Of a stretch of 64,000 bases of DNA, positions 63,705 through 64,000 are shown piece by piece. Made by a program: the position numbers and the translations under genes. The stretch's first letter is position 1, and the number at the start of each line of letters is the position of its first letter. The notes beneath the pieces were generated by a model that worked only from the letters and a program-made list of their open reading frames with translations, had not been told where the DNA came from and made no database searches. Origin of the DNA: Felis catus (taxonomy: Eukaryota); the NCBI RefSeq assembly GCF_018350175.1, contig NC_058376.1, positions 30,814,001-30,878,000 of the forward strand, read 5' to 3'.

Positions 63705-64000
63705 TACATATTCATTGCACATTTTTAGTGTTGTTGCTAATGCAACAAATTAAAAAAAGATGAGTTTGTTCTCAAGGATTTGAGGGGAGGGTATGAGATA
63801 TGTATAATGTTAATTACTAAATAAATCAAACTATTTAAAAAAGCTATGATACACAGACTCTTTAGAGTTGCAGAAAGGAAAAGCCGCTTTAGTCCCATGT
63901 GATATTAGAGATGGGTCTGGAAAGGAGAATAGAATTCTCATAAGTGGAGCTGCAAAGAATATTCCTAGAGATGGAAGCAGGATGAAAAACCATTGGTGGC
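63705..64000 (-). mobile_element. L2 fragment
   Basis: tttgttctcaaggatttga...gaattctcataagtggagctgcaaagaat resembles the antisense L2 3' region. Confidence 0.4.

Larger units (their letters stand above)
53441..64000 (+). other. ROBO2: 5' part of ROBO2 intron 5
   Basis: Starts gtaaga; the next exon (remainder of Ig3) is not seen in the window. Confidence 0.85.

Noticed and set aside
1-64000. A novel multi-gene system, CRISPR array, operon or other prokaryote-like locus
   Set aside because: The sequence is mammalian intron with three ROBO2 exons. The recurring ~200-bp units are dispersed CanSINEs with TSDs, not repeat-spacer arrays, and there are no long ORFs.

Overview
AT-rich mammalian genomic DNA from a carnivore, most likely a felid (about two dozen tRNA-derived CanSINEs, including a near-consensus SINEC_Fc-type copy at ~50.5 kb). 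The whole window lies inside the axon-guidance receptor gene ROBO2 on the + strand. It contains three short internal coding exons: 37761-37918, ~40743-40863 (5' part hidden in an N gap) and 53302-53440. They correspond to exons 3, 4 and 5 in human numbering and encode Ig domain 2 and the first half of Ig domain 3. The rest is intron, made of CanSINEs with readable target-site duplications (TSDs), L1/L2/MIR fragments, MaLR and ERV-type solo LTRs, hAT MITE fragments, microsatellites and six assembly gaps. Almost all ORFs in the supplied track are repeat, gap or chance artefacts. I found no evidence for a novel multi-gene system. The observations worth follow-up are modest: a hidden exon, a perfect 20-bp inverted repeat, a G:U-compensated hairpin, SINEs re-using one another's target sites, inverted SINE pairs around exons, an antisense LTR in intron 4, and several candidate intronic enhancers. 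Repeat family names come from recalled consensus sequences, not from a database search.
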